A stretch of 64,000 nt of DNA from Fibrobacteria bacterium. GTDB taxonomy: Bacteria > Fibrobacterota > Fibrobacteria > UBA11236 > JADFYW01. Numbering within the stretch: position 1 is the stretch's first letter; each line of letters opens with the position of its first letter. The notes under the pieces are model-generated. The model had not been told where the DNA came from. It made no database searches and was given only the letters and a program-made list of their open reading frames with translations. A program made the position numbers and the translations under genes. The stretch covers positions 544,001 to 608,000 of the forward strand of contig JBNKOC010000012.1 of NCBI GenBank assembly GCA_050294405.1. Direction: 5' to 3'. Below, piece after piece: positions 39,723-49,533 of the stretch.

Positions 39723-42080
39723 ATGCTGTTAAATAAAATATCCACATTGTTTTTGACCGTCGTCTTTGGCGCAGTATGTTATGGGGATTGGACTCAAACT
39801 GCCAGAGTGGTGGGATATAATCCTACTAAGGCGGATGTGGACATCTCCTCGGCAATGGAATGGGCGAAAAGCTTGAATGCTTCCGTGGTGGTCATTAGGC
39901 AAACTGCAGTGAGTGAATTTGATTGGCTGGATAAGCGAAATAAGGGTGACTCTCTTGCCCTTGACTTATTAGATCGCGTCATTAAAACCTGCCACCGAAA
40001 TGGCTTAAGGGCTGTGGTGGATTTAAGCGTTTTAGAATTGAGAAGTTCCAATGGAGATGCAGATGAGGATGGCAAATTGGATGTTGGCGCAACAACCCTC
40101 TTGTCCACCCATTCCAGCTGGATTCAGGAAGACCTTCAGGGTAACAAGGCCGTTTTTTATGGGAAAATAAACCCTGAATCCAAAAAAGGAGATGAAACAG
40201 TTTGGGCTAATATCCACAGTTCCAATTTTAAAACCAAATTGCTTGCTTTAGTTAAAGCCGTAAGCTCAATCAATCCAGATGGTATCTTATTTTCCAATGT
40301 TAGTTATCCTGTGAGAGAGGGGTGGGAGAATAAGTGGGCTAGTTTTGACAGCTATTCTGTAACGAATTTTAATAGCACCCTTCCCACTCAATCTCAATTA
40401 GGCGATGTTCATTCCGCTGCTTTTACAAAGTGGGCTTCCTGGCGCATGAACAAATTATCCCAATTTTCAACGGAATTGAATTCCGCTGTGAAAAATGAAA
40501 ATCCAGATGTCAAAACATTTATGCTGATTAAAAACGCCATCTCTCACGAAACATTAGTCCGCGGTTATGACTTTGATAAGCTCACTAAAATTTTTGACGG
40601 CTTTGTGTATGATATAGACTTTTTGGGTGATGCGGTTTCCCGAAACAGTTATGAATGGATGATGTATTTTGCCTCAATTAAAGGGGCAAACGAACTGGAT
40701 GGGGAAAAGCCAAGCTGGGTAATTGATAGAACTAATACCTCTTCCTCCCTTACTGTATCTAAGGATATGAACAAGTTTGGGGACGCAGTTGCCACAGGGA
40801 TGTATACTTCTTTGCAAGCTGGCATGAATGTGTGGATAACAGGGGGCAACAGAAAATACAGTGCCGCCACAAATGTAACCAAAATGGCTGAAATTTTTTC
40901 CTGGGTTAAAGAAAACCAAAATTGGCTTTATGGAGAAAGAAAAGTAGCCCAGTCTGTGGGGGTATATTTTTCTCAATCCAGTTTGCTGTATCGCACAGGA
41001 AATAAATGGCAGGGGCATTTAGCCTCCTTTTATGGAACCCTAATGATGTTACACGAATTGCATATTCCCACAACCATAATCAGCACTGGAAATTTGAGTT
41101 TAGTAGACAAAGAGGAAGTGGAAGGTATAATACTTCCGCAGGTGGACTGCGCCTCTACAGTGGAAATTGATTCTTTAAGGGAGTATTACGAAAAAAGCAA
41201 TCTCATTGTGTATTTTAGCGGCAGCGATGATAACCATTGCACGGAAAAAGGTGTATCCGCAGATTTTAGCTGGGATGATCAGCTATTGGAGGTAATGCAG
41301 AGAGGCGGGATTAATAAAGGCGAGACCTTTTTTAATAATGTAATGATGGATGGTAATGGGAATTTATTAAACGAAAATTACCCCAATTCTGTAGCCGCTG
41401 ATATAAAAACCCAATTTTCAACGGATTTAAATTTTGCAGCCCAAATTGGATACGCACCCTTTGAAATGCCCTCTACCACTGCGGTTCGAGCCGTGAAAAC
41501 AGATGAAGCGTTCTTTTATCATCTGGTTAATTTTGGAGGGCTGGATAATGGTAATATTGCCCGCAGTATCGAAGAAGAAGTGAATATTTATCGAAATGGG
41601 GAAGAGTTGGAATCGGGAGCCATCGAAATGAACGGCGGGAGTTTGGAAGTTATCAGTTATTACTCCGATTTGAATTCAGAACAAACTCTTAACTTGGTAG
41701 AAAACTCCATGGGTAGCTCTGCCATTATCAGAGCGGGTGCTTTACCTGATTTAGAGGAAGATGTTGTATCCAATAAATTTATGGCTGCAAACAGGAAAAA
41801 GCCGTCTTTCAACCTTCCAAAAAAATTATTGGTTCAAACAAAACTTATAAAGATTCATTATCAAAATCCCGGCCAGGAAATTGAAACTATGGATTTCCAG
41901 GTATATGATATACATGGAAGGAATATTAAACAAATTTCCCTGGAAAGAGGGCGAAATGGCTTTAGTGCTAATTGGGATTTGGAAAGCCAACCTGGAAATT
42001 ATTTTCAGCCTGGAATGTACGCTTACAGGCTAGTTGGAAATGGAAAAGCCATAAAAATTGGGCAAATGGTGGTGCGTTAA
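39723..42080 (+). CDS. Secreted glycoside hydrolase-like protein (TIM barrel plus trimerisation-like domain) with C-terminal sorting-type domain
   Basis: Signal peptide, CH.NGLR, W.N, DGIL, W..WR, VGVYFS, tail IYDIHGR-like...WD...PGMY. Confidence 0.6.
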   Translation: MLLNKISTLFLTVVFGAVCYGDWTQTARVVGYNPTKADVDISSAMEWAKSLNASVVVIRQTAVSEFDWLDKRNKGDSLALDLLDRVIKTCHRNGLRAVVDLSVLELRSSNGDADEDGKLDVGATTLLSTHSSWIQEDLQGNKAVFYGKINPESKKGDETVWANIHSSNFKTKLLALVKAVSSINPDGILFSNVSYPVREGWENKWASFDSYSVTNFNSTLPTQSQLGDVHSAAFTKWASWRMNKLSQFSTELNSAVKNENPDVKTFMLIKNAISHETLVRGYDFDKLTKIFDGFVYDIDFLGDAVSRNSYEWMMYFASIKGANELDGEKPSWVIDRTNTSSSLTVSKDMNKFGDAVATGMYTSLQAGMNVWITGGNRKYSAATNVTKMAEIFSWVKENQNWLYGERKVAQSVGVYFSQSSLLYRTGNKWQGHLASFYGTLMMLHELHIPTTIISTGNLSLVDKEEVEGIILPQVDCASTVEIDSLREYYEKSNLIVYFSGSDDNHCTEKGVSADFSWDDQLLEVMQRGGINKGETFFNNVMMDGNGNLLNENYPNSVAADIKTQFSTDLNFAAQIGYAPFEMPSTTAVRAVKTDEAFFYHLVNFGGLDNGNIARSIEEEVNIYRNGEELESGAIEMNGGSLEVISYYSDLNSEQTLNLVENSMGSSAIIRAGALPDLEEDVVSNKFMAANRKKPSFNLPKKLLVQTKLIKIHYQNPGQEIETMDFQVYDIHGRNIKQISLERGRNGFSANWDLESQPGNYFQPGMYAYRLVGNGKAIKIGQMVVR

Positions 42081-42081
42081 T

Positions 42082-45000
42082 ATGTTCAAAAAAATATTGT
42101 TAACATTGCTGCTAATTTCATTGTCACAAGTGGCAGCATATTTTGTGGAATTAAACAGTATTGAAGACGCTGAAATGAGGGATGGAAGTCCTACGCTAAA
42201 TTTTGGCGGGGCTCAAAATGTCCATTTTGGCACTAACGGTGGAGTGATATACAGGGGGCTAATAAAAATTAACTATGAAGACAGTATTCCTGACGGGGCT
42301 GTGGTGGATAGCGCTAAGTTATATATGTATATACAGGCAATAAATAGTGCACCCCAAAATGTTAGTATTTATCAGGTGCTGGTGGATTGGAATGCTGGGT
42401 CAAAAAACGGAGCCTATTTGGCGGGAGCTGTGAGCTGGGACTCGGCCAAAACTGGAATTACAGCTTGGAATGCAGCAGGAGCAAGCGGGTCGGGTTCAGA
42501 TTATGTGGCAACCCCCATTACAAGCTATGCCTTTGCCAACTCTGGAGCATATGATTCTGTTTCCATTGAGGATGCCTTTAATTCCTGGATACAAGGTTCC
42601 CCAAACTATGGCATATTATTAACAAATGACGATGAAACTTGCGGCGGAGGAGCAAATTGCCGGATTCGCACCAGAGCAGAGGAACACAGTGATTCCAGTT
42701 ATGTACGTATTTGGTACCAAATCCCCCCTCAATTAACCGGGCTAAGCGGAGGCGCGGAAGCCGGGGCCACCCAAAGCGATTCCAGTACAGTGACTATTTC
42801 CTATGAAATATATGATCCAGATGACGCCACAAATACAGTATCGGCTCAATATTGCTTAACTTCCAATGACTGTTCTGCGGCAGGAGCTGGCTGGACGGCT
42901 ATGGCCAATACCACCGGAGATTTAGGGACCGTGTCCTCCACATCATCCTCCAGCGACAGGTTTATATACTGGGATGTGGAAACCCAACTGGGGTCCAGCG
43001 TTGATGATACTTATCGCGTGAGACTTATTGCTGTGGATGACTCGAGCAGTGTGGATACTCTTGAATCTGCCGATTTTATCGTAGACACTCAGGCTCCCAC
43101 GAGTTTGGCTGGATTTTCCATGGATTCTGTCTATGAATCTTCAGCTGATGTCAGTTGGAGCACCCCGGCTGCGGATAACCACTTTAGCCATTATGAAATA
43201 TGGTTTGCGGAGGTGAAAGCCAATGTAGAGGCCAGAAACGCCTCTGCCGTGGAATGGGACCATACCGACGATGCCAACTTAGCCAATGCGGCAACTACAT
43301 CCACATTGGTTCAGCTATTATCTTTCAGCACTAAATACTTTTTTAAAATTTGGGCTATCGACTCCGCAGGAAATGAAATATCTCTTCCCACAGATAGTGG
43401 TACTACTCAGGCCTCAGATGTTCCTCTTGTATCTGGTTACGATCCTGAAACCAATGTAAGCGGAGTTATGGTCAGTTCTGATTCCGTAAAAATTCAATAC
43501 GAAGTTCTCGACTTAGATGACTCTGTGGTTACGGTAACAGTAGAGACCAAACTGGCAAGCCAGGGGAGTTACGATAATTGGGCTACAGTGGATAGTTATA
43601 TGTCAGGAGATACGGGCACTGTGGTGCAGTCTACCACCACGGACAGGTTAATTATCTGGGACATTGCTGCCCAACATGGAACCTCAGTTAACGAAACAGC
43701 AACGGTAAGAGTTATTGCGGTGGATAGCAATGGGAATGCGGATACCAGTACTTCAGCTAGCTTTACCGTAGATACCCAAGCTCCCACAGCTCCAAGCGCT
43801 TTAACATCAACAGCAACTACTTCTTCTTCCGTTTCCTTAAGTTGGACTGCGGGTTCGGATGCAAATTTCAATCATTATGAAATTTGGTATGGTACAGACC
43901 AGACAGAAGTGGAAAATAGAAATATTGCGGCGGAATGGGATGACTCGCCCCAGGATGCGAATTTGGCCACGGCTTCAACCACCAGTACTACTATAACAGG
44001 GCTTCAGGCAAGTGTCACCTACTATTTCCATATATGGGCAGTGGATGATTATGGGAATGAAGCGGATTATGGGACAACATATTCCGTGGCAACTGCTGCA
44101 ACTACGGATTTACAAATAACAGATATTGAAGATAATGTAATGCGCAGTAACAATACATCGGCAAATTGCGGCTCTGAACCAATCCGGGGTGGCCCCACCG
44201 CTGGAAGAAATGGAGGTTGGGGAGGCACTAAAAGAAGCTTAGTGAAAATTAACATGTCAGAAGTGCCCGCAGGGGCTACTATCGTATCAGCAACCTTTAC
44301 CGCCCGATGTAATGCAGTAGGCGATGTTTCCTCTGTCACTATTGAGGCCTTTCCCTTATTGCAGGCCTTTGTGGAAGGAACAGATGGTTGCGGGACACAA
44401 GCGGGTTCCAGTTGCTGGAATGACTATGGGGCCGGTTCCTGGAGCACACCGGGGTTAGCTTCAGGCGTAGATTATGAGGCTACAGCGGTTTCATCTCAAT
44501 CCGTAGCCGATGTGGGCACATACTCTTGGGATTTGACCAGCGTGGTTCAGGAATGGGTAAATGGAACCAGAACAAACAATGGGTTGGTATTTATTGAATC
44601 TACGGAATCCGGTACTACCGGAAAGTTTTTTGATGCGGCAGAGGGAGCTATCCCACCATTCCTGGATGTACAATATACCTTGGGTTATCCTGAAGTAACC
44701 GGTTTGTCGGATGCCGCCCTTATTGGGGCGACCATGACCGGGGATCCGGATTCGGCCACTATAAGTTTTGAAGTATCAGATCCAAATGATGTTAATGTAA
44801 CTATTACTCTGCAATATAAACTTGCAGTTGGGGGAAGTTGGGCTGATGCTACTGAGGTGCTGGGCTATAGCGGTTCACAATCTGCCGCGGATGGCGATGC
44901 CGACAGGAGCATTCGTTGGGCGGCTCGTTCTGAGCTTGGTAATGTGGATAACAATTATATGGTTCGAATTATAGCAACTGATGGCACCCTAAGTGACACT

Positions 45001-47772
45001 ACTGAAAGCGCCAGCTTTGCAATAGATACAAAAGCGCCTGTGGGTTTGGCCAATTTAAATGTGGGAGCTTATGGAGTTGTGCATGCTAACCTAAGTTGGA
45101 CTTCTGTTACTAGTGAAACCAATTTTAGCCACTACGAAATATGGTATGGTTCCGATTTAACAGATGTTCAAAACAGGACAGGAAGTGCGGATGAATGGGA
45201 TAACAATGATGATAATGGACTGCTAACCGTTGGAACCACAACTACCTCAATCACGGGGTTATCGGCATCCACTTTGTATTATTTTAAGATATGGGCTATT
45301 GATGACATAGGCAATGAGGCTACGGTTACTTTTGACAGCGTTACGACCCAGGCCAATGCCGCCCCTACAGTAACAGGCTTAAGCGCGGCAGCTAAAGTTG
45401 GGGCAACACAAAGCGATACAGATTTAGTTAGCATCAGTTTTGAAATTGATGATACGGATGGCGATACGGCCGATTGCTCTTTAGAATATTTTGAAGTGGG
45501 AACAGGTCCTTGGACCAGTGCCAGCAATGTAACTGGAAACACCGGGGGAGTTAAGTTTACCAATGGGCAGGATTTATCCATGAGTTGGGATGTTTTGACT
45601 GCGCTTTCGGTTCCCACTAGCGATGCAACCTATAAAATTAGGGTTCTATGCACAGATACTACTAGCCTTTCGGATACCACTGAATCGGCTAACTTCACTA
45701 TTGATTTAGTGGACCCCACTGGAATGTCTGGTATTTCGGTGGGAACCATAGGGGCCACAACGGCAGGACTTTCCTGGAATTCGGTATCCACTGAAAATCA
45801 CTTCTCTCATTATGAAATATGGTACGGGACGGTTCAGAACGATGTAAATAGTAGAAGTGGAACCGCTCTGGAATGGGATGGCGATAATGATGCCAGCCTT
45901 AGAACCATGACTACCGATACGACAACCATAACAGCTCTTTCTCCTCTTTCCACTTATTACTTTAAAATATGGAGTCAGGATTCTGCTGGAAATGAACAAA
46001 CATTAGGCGTCGTGAGCGGTTCCACAGGAGGAACTAACGCGCCTATAGTTACCGGCCCTTCAGATGTTCCCAATATTTCTGCCAGCCAGAGTTCCACAAC
46101 TCAGGTTACCATGGTTTATGAAGTGGATGATGCTGATGATGCCAGTGTAACGGTTACCGCTCAATATTGCGTGAGTACGAATGATTGTTCTAAAGCATCC
46201 AGCGACTGGACTGCTATGACTAATACCAGTGGAGATATTGGAGCATCAATTGCCACACATGCGACGAATGACAAAACTATTACCTGGACTGCAGCCACTC
46301 AATTGGGAAGTGTAGAAGGCACATATTATGTAAGGGTGATTGTGGATGATTTGGATGGGGCCACAGATAATGATACGGCTTCCAGTGCTTCTTTTACACT
46401 GGACACTCAGGCGCCGAGCTCCCCCGCCTCCCTTGCCACAGTGGAGGCTTTGGGAAGTACGATGGAACTCAGCTGGACTGCTGTAAGCGATGCAAATTTT
46501 AATCACTATGAGATATGGTATGGAACCACTTCCGGCCAGGCAAGTGGTCGCACCGGTACGGAATGGGATAATAGTGATGATGGAAATCTGGCAAATAGCG
46601 CTACCACCTCTACCATAATTACAGGATTGACTTCGGGAACAGATTATTGGTGGCATATATGGGCTGTGGACGATATTGGAAATGAGACTAGCGATGGAAC
46701 TTTAAACCAGGCAACTCCAGCTATAAAAACCCCTCAATTTGCTCTTGATGCAGACGATAACATTGGCGATGTTAAGGGAGCGGTAATAGCCGGAAGCGGA
46801 ATGTATGTTTCAACGGCTAACATTGGCGGTAGTGAAGATAATATTACCAAGCGCAATGCTTCAACAGGTGCTTTTATGTGGCAATTTTCCACCTCCGCAT
46901 ATGGATCTCCAAAACCGAGCACTTTTACCTATAGCAGCAGCGCCGGGAAATACATAATACATTCTGCTGCCGGCACCCGTATTATTGGAATCCAGGACAA
47001 TGGATCCAGCAAAACAGATTTGTTTGTGGTGAATTTGGGGGGAACAGCGGGAACTCCATATGGGGACCCGGGAGATAACCAAATTGCAGTAGTGGCGGGA
47101 GGATCCTTATATCTTCGAAACTTCACTACTGGGGCAGCTATTTGGGGCCCTATGGGAAGTAACTTGAGTTCAGATGGAGAACTTATTTTTGACAACTGGA
47201 CCAACAATGTTATTTATGCGCCTGGGTCCAATGGGACTGTTTATGCCTTTAATATTTCTGATGGAAGCTCTTTTGGAAGTTATTCCACAGGGGCTGGAAG
47301 TGTTAGCCTTGCACTTTGGCAAATGAATGGTTTCATATACGCGGCTCCAAGTGATAATAGCCTGCATAAGATTAATGATGCCACCATGACTGGAGCGGGT
47401 GGAAACTGGCCAGTCAGCTTAAGTGGAAATAATACTGGCGGACTTTGGTATGATTGGAATACCGACGTGATTTATGTTACCACTACTGCCGGAATTCAGG
47501 CCTTTGACTCGGATGGGAATGCTTATGGTACAGCTCGTTCTTTGACTAATATTAATTCCGCACCTCTGGTGCATAACAATGTGGTGTATTTTGGCCGCGA
47601 TGGCGGCGAATACTACGCTGTCGATCCATCCAATTTAAATACGGATAGAACAGATTGGCCTTATACTGCCGCGGATGGTAATGCCAGGTCGGCTCCAGCG
47701 GCGGATTGGAGTAATGGCAGGGTTATATTTGGGACAGATAATGAAAATATAGACTCTTTTACTCAAGAATAA
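42082..47772 (+). CDS. Giant secreted protein A: 2 DNRLRE-like domains, 5 Ig/FN3 units, C-terminal PQQ-type propeller
   Basis: Signal peptide MFKKILL; NFGG...RGLI...SAKL...NYG; five HYEIW(Y/F)...YYF(K/H)IWA.D..GNE-type repeats. Confidence 0.85.
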   Translation: MFKKILLTLLLISLSQVAAYFVELNSIEDAEMRDGSPTLNFGGAQNVHFGTNGGVIYRGLIKINYEDSIPDGAVVDSAKLYMYIQAINSAPQNVSIYQVLVDWNAGSKNGAYLAGAVSWDSAKTGITAWNAAGASGSGSDYVATPITSYAFANSGAYDSVSIEDAFNSWIQGSPNYGILLTNDDETCGGGANCRIRTRAEEHSDSSYVRIWYQIPPQLTGLSGGAEAGATQSDSSTVTISYEIYDPDDATNTVSAQYCLTSNDCSAAGAGWTAMANTTGDLGTVSSTSSSSDRFIYWDVETQLGSSVDDTYRVRLIAVDDSSSVDTLESADFIVDTQAPTSLAGFSMDSVYESSADVSWSTPAADNHFSHYEIWFAEVKANVEARNASAVEWDHTDDANLANAATTSTLVQLLSFSTKYFFKIWAIDSAGNEISLPTDSGTTQASDVPLVSGYDPETNVSGVMVSSDSVKIQYEVLDLDDSVVTVTVETKLASQGSYDNWATVDSYMSGDTGTVVQSTTTDRLIIWDIAAQHGTSVNETATVRVIAVDSNGNADTSTSASFTVDTQAPTAPSALTSTATTSSSVSLSWTAGSDANFNHYEIWYGTDQTEVENRNIAAEWDDSPQDANLATASTTSTTITGLQASVTYYFHIWAVDDYGNEADYGTTYSVATAATTDLQITDIEDNVMRSNNTSANCGSEPIRGGPTAGRNGGWGGTKRSLVKINMSEVPAGATIVSATFTARCNAVGDVSSVTIEAFPLLQAFVEGTDGCGTQAGSSCWNDYGAGSWSTPGLASGVDYEATAVSSQSVADVGTYSWDLTSVVQEWVNGTRTNNGLVFIESTESGTTGKFFDAAEGAIPPFLDVQYTLGYPEVTGLSDAALIGATMTGDPDSATISFEVSDPNDVNVTITLQYKLAVGGSWADATEVLGYSGSQSAADGDADRSIRWAARSELGNVDNNYMVRIIATDGTLSDTTESASFAIDTKAPVGLANLNVGAYGVVHANLSWTSVTSETNFSHYEIWYGSDLTDVQNRTGSADEWDNNDDNGLLTVGTTTTSITGLSASTLYYFKIWAIDDIGNEATVTFDSVTTQANAAPTVTGLSAAAKVGATQSDTDLVSISFEIDDTDGDTADCSLEYFEVGTGPWTSASNVTGNTGGVKFTNGQDLSMSWDVLTALSVPTSDATYKIRVLCTDTTSLSDTTESANFTIDLVDPTGMSGISVGTIGATTAGLSWNSVSTENHFSHYEIWYGTVQNDVNSRSGTALEWDGDNDASLRTMTTDTTTITALSPLSTYYFKIWSQDSAGNEQTLGVVSGSTGGTNAPIVTGPSDVPNISASQSSTTQVTMVYEVDDADDASVTVTAQYCVSTNDCSKASSDWTAMTNTSGDIGASIATHATNDKTITWTAATQLGSVEGTYYVRVIVDDLDGATDNDTASSASFTLDTQAPSSPASLATVEALGSTMELSWTAVSDANFNHYEIWYGTTSGQASGRTGTEWDNSDDGNLANSATTSTIITGLTSGTDYWWHIWAVDDIGNETSDGTLNQATPAIKTPQFALDADDNIGDVKGAVIAGSGMYVSTANIGGSEDNITKRNASTGAFMWQFSTSAYGSPKPSTFTYSSSAGKYIIHSAAGTRIIGIQDNGSSKTDLFVVNLGGTAGTPYGDPGDNQIAVVAGGSLYLRNFTTGAAIWGPMGSNLSSDGELIFDNWTNNVIYAPGSNGTVYAFNISDGSSFGSYSTGAGSVSLALWQMNGFIYAAPSDNSLHKINDATMTGAGGNWPVSLSGNNTGGLWYDWNTDVIYVTTTAGIQAFDSDGNAYGTARSLTNINSAPLVHNNVVYFGRDGGEYYAVDPSNLNTDRTDWPYTAADGNARSAPAADWSNGRVIFGTDNENIDSFTQE

Positions 47773-47823
47773 GAGAAACAAAACTCTGTTTTGAAAGCAT
47801 AAAAAATTATAAATTGAAGTAAT

Positions 47824-47979
47824 ATGAAAGATTTGGGTAAGCATAAAAAAAAGCTAAAATACGAAGCACCTAAGGTAGAATCCGAAGCTATATACGAGCA
47901 AAGTGCCTTGGCTTGCGGTAAATGCTTGACCACCAATACCCATCAAGCAGCCTGCTCCAAATCTCCCACAACCTCTTAA
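47824..47979 (+). CDS. Putative RiPP precursor peptide (51 aa)
   Basis: Manual translation MKDLGKHKKKLKYEAPKVESEAIYEQSALACGKCLTTNTHQAACSKSPTTS*; YxxP leader motif, 3 Cys in core; too short for the ORF track. Confidence 0.8.
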   Translation: MKDLGKHKKKLKYEAPKVESEAIYEQSALACGKCLTTNTHQAACSKSPTTS

Positions 47980-48104
47980 AAATTATTTTATAGGACCGTT
48001 TTCTGCGTTGTCCTGGGAATTTCTGATTTCGCCTTGAACCGGGCTTTCCTTGTAATTCGCAATTTTTTAAGTTGAGAATAGCTTAGGCTGTTTGGGGGAA
48101 AATA

Positions 48105-49259
48105 TTGATTCGATTTATGCACATTATGGGAGTTATCGGGCTGCTAATGGGAGGCTGTTCTCTTTTTGAATCTGATTCTAAGGCAAAAAAAACTGAGCTA
48201 AAGTTTGAAATGCACTCCATTTTTGTGGATAGTATGGCAGGTTATGCCCGTGCAACTCTTGTGGATATGGACAAAGACGGAGACTTGGATTTTGTAACTG
48301 GATCGGTAGTAAGAACATACTGGTTTGAATATGTATCTGATTCTGTCTGGAACCCACATTTAATTACTACTCAGTCCAATTCAGATGTGGGTGGAGTTTC
48401 TCTTGATATTGACGGCGATGGCTGGGTAGATCACACAGCAGGTTCTTTATGGTTTAAAAACCCGGGTACGAGCCCCATGGAAAATTTTGAAAGCTTCAAT
48501 AGCGGGTGTTTATACCGTACCCATGATATGGAGCAGGGCGACATGGATGGGGATGGGATTGTAGATGTTATTTCTCTGTCTGATCAGGGATTAGGGGTTA
48601 GTTGGTGTAAATTTTCCAATGGCCCAGAAGAGCCCTGGCAAGTTTATGAAATACTCCCCGTGGATAACAACCGGCAGGAGCACAGCGGCATGAATGTGGG
48701 GGATATTGATGGTGATGGAGATTTGGATGTGAGCATGGTGACGCGCTGGGTGGAAAATGTGGATGGAAAAGGAGAAAGTTGGCAACCCCACGATTTAGAA
48801 GGCATGGGAATCAAGGGTATATATGGCTACGGCGGGGAAACAGAAGTCGCGGATTTGGACGGGGACGGTGATAACGATATTGTGGTTACTGAAGCGGACA
48901 TTTCAAATGCCAGGGTGGGAGTTTTTGAGAATTTAAATGGGAAGGGCACACAGTGGAACTTAACCATTTTAAAGGACAGCACGGATATTCAAAATTTTCA
49001 CTCCTTAAAAATTAGGGATTTTAATAATGATGGCAGGCTTGATATTTTTACCTGCAATCAGAAGCCGGAATCCGGTTATCCCTATTATATCTGGTTAAAT
49101 CTGGGCGGACTAGAATGGGAAGAAAAAATAATTTTCTCAGGAGTAGAGTGCCATGATGCCGTTGCAGGGGACGTGGATGGTGATGGGGACATGGATATAG
49201 TATCTAACGGATATGGTTTTCCTGAACACATTTTTTTGGAAAACAAGCTAATTGACTAG
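48105..49259 (+). CDS. FG-GAP/VCBS repeat lipoprotein
   Basis: Lipobox LMGGC; repeated D(M/I/L/V)DGDGD.D motifs. Confidence 0.85.
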   Translation: MIRFMHIMGVIGLLMGGCSLFESDSKAKKTELKFEMHSIFVDSMAGYARATLVDMDKDGDLDFVTGSVVRTYWFEYVSDSVWNPHLITTQSNSDVGGVSLDIDGDGWVDHTAGSLWFKNPGTSPMENFESFNSGCLYRTHDMEQGDMDGDGIVDVISLSDQGLGVSWCKFSNGPEEPWQVYEILPVDNNRQEHSGMNVGDIDGDGDLDVSMVTRWVENVDGKGESWQPHDLEGMGIKGIYGYGGETEVADLDGDGDNDIVVTEADISNARVGVFENLNGKGTQWNLTILKDSTDIQNFHSLKIRDFNNDGRLDIFTCNQKPESGYPYYIWLNLGGLEWEEKIIFSGVECHDAVAGDVDGDGDMDIVSNGYGFPEHIFLENKLID

Positions 49260-49388
49260 TTAAAATTAGCACTCTGTCTTTCCAAAGCTGCATTAGCTAT
49301 CTCCTTGTAAAGGAAATTTAACTTCCCAAATATTTGGAAAAAAACCTGCATTAGCGCCTTTAGAATTCTTTAATGAAGGTTCTTTTGG

Positions 49389-49398
49389 GTGGTATAAT
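49389..49398 (+). promoter_or_regulatory. Extended -10 promoter element upstream of giant protein B
   Basis: GTGGTATAAT, identical to 36829..36838. Confidence 0.55.
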
Positions 49399-49533
49399 TA
49401 TTAAGGGCAAAAAATGGAGGATTAGCCAAAAATTAAGGAAAACTGCTACAGAATTTTGAATTAAACTGAAAGTGGTTTTATTTCAAAATTGGGGCAATTT
49501 TATCATTTTCCAATACTTATGATTTGACATTTG

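Noticed and set aside
47824..47979. Lasso peptide interpretation of the YxxP leader
   Set aside because: No asparagine-synthetase-like cyclase or B2 protease in the window, no Thr at -2, no Asp/Glu in the core for a macrolactam.
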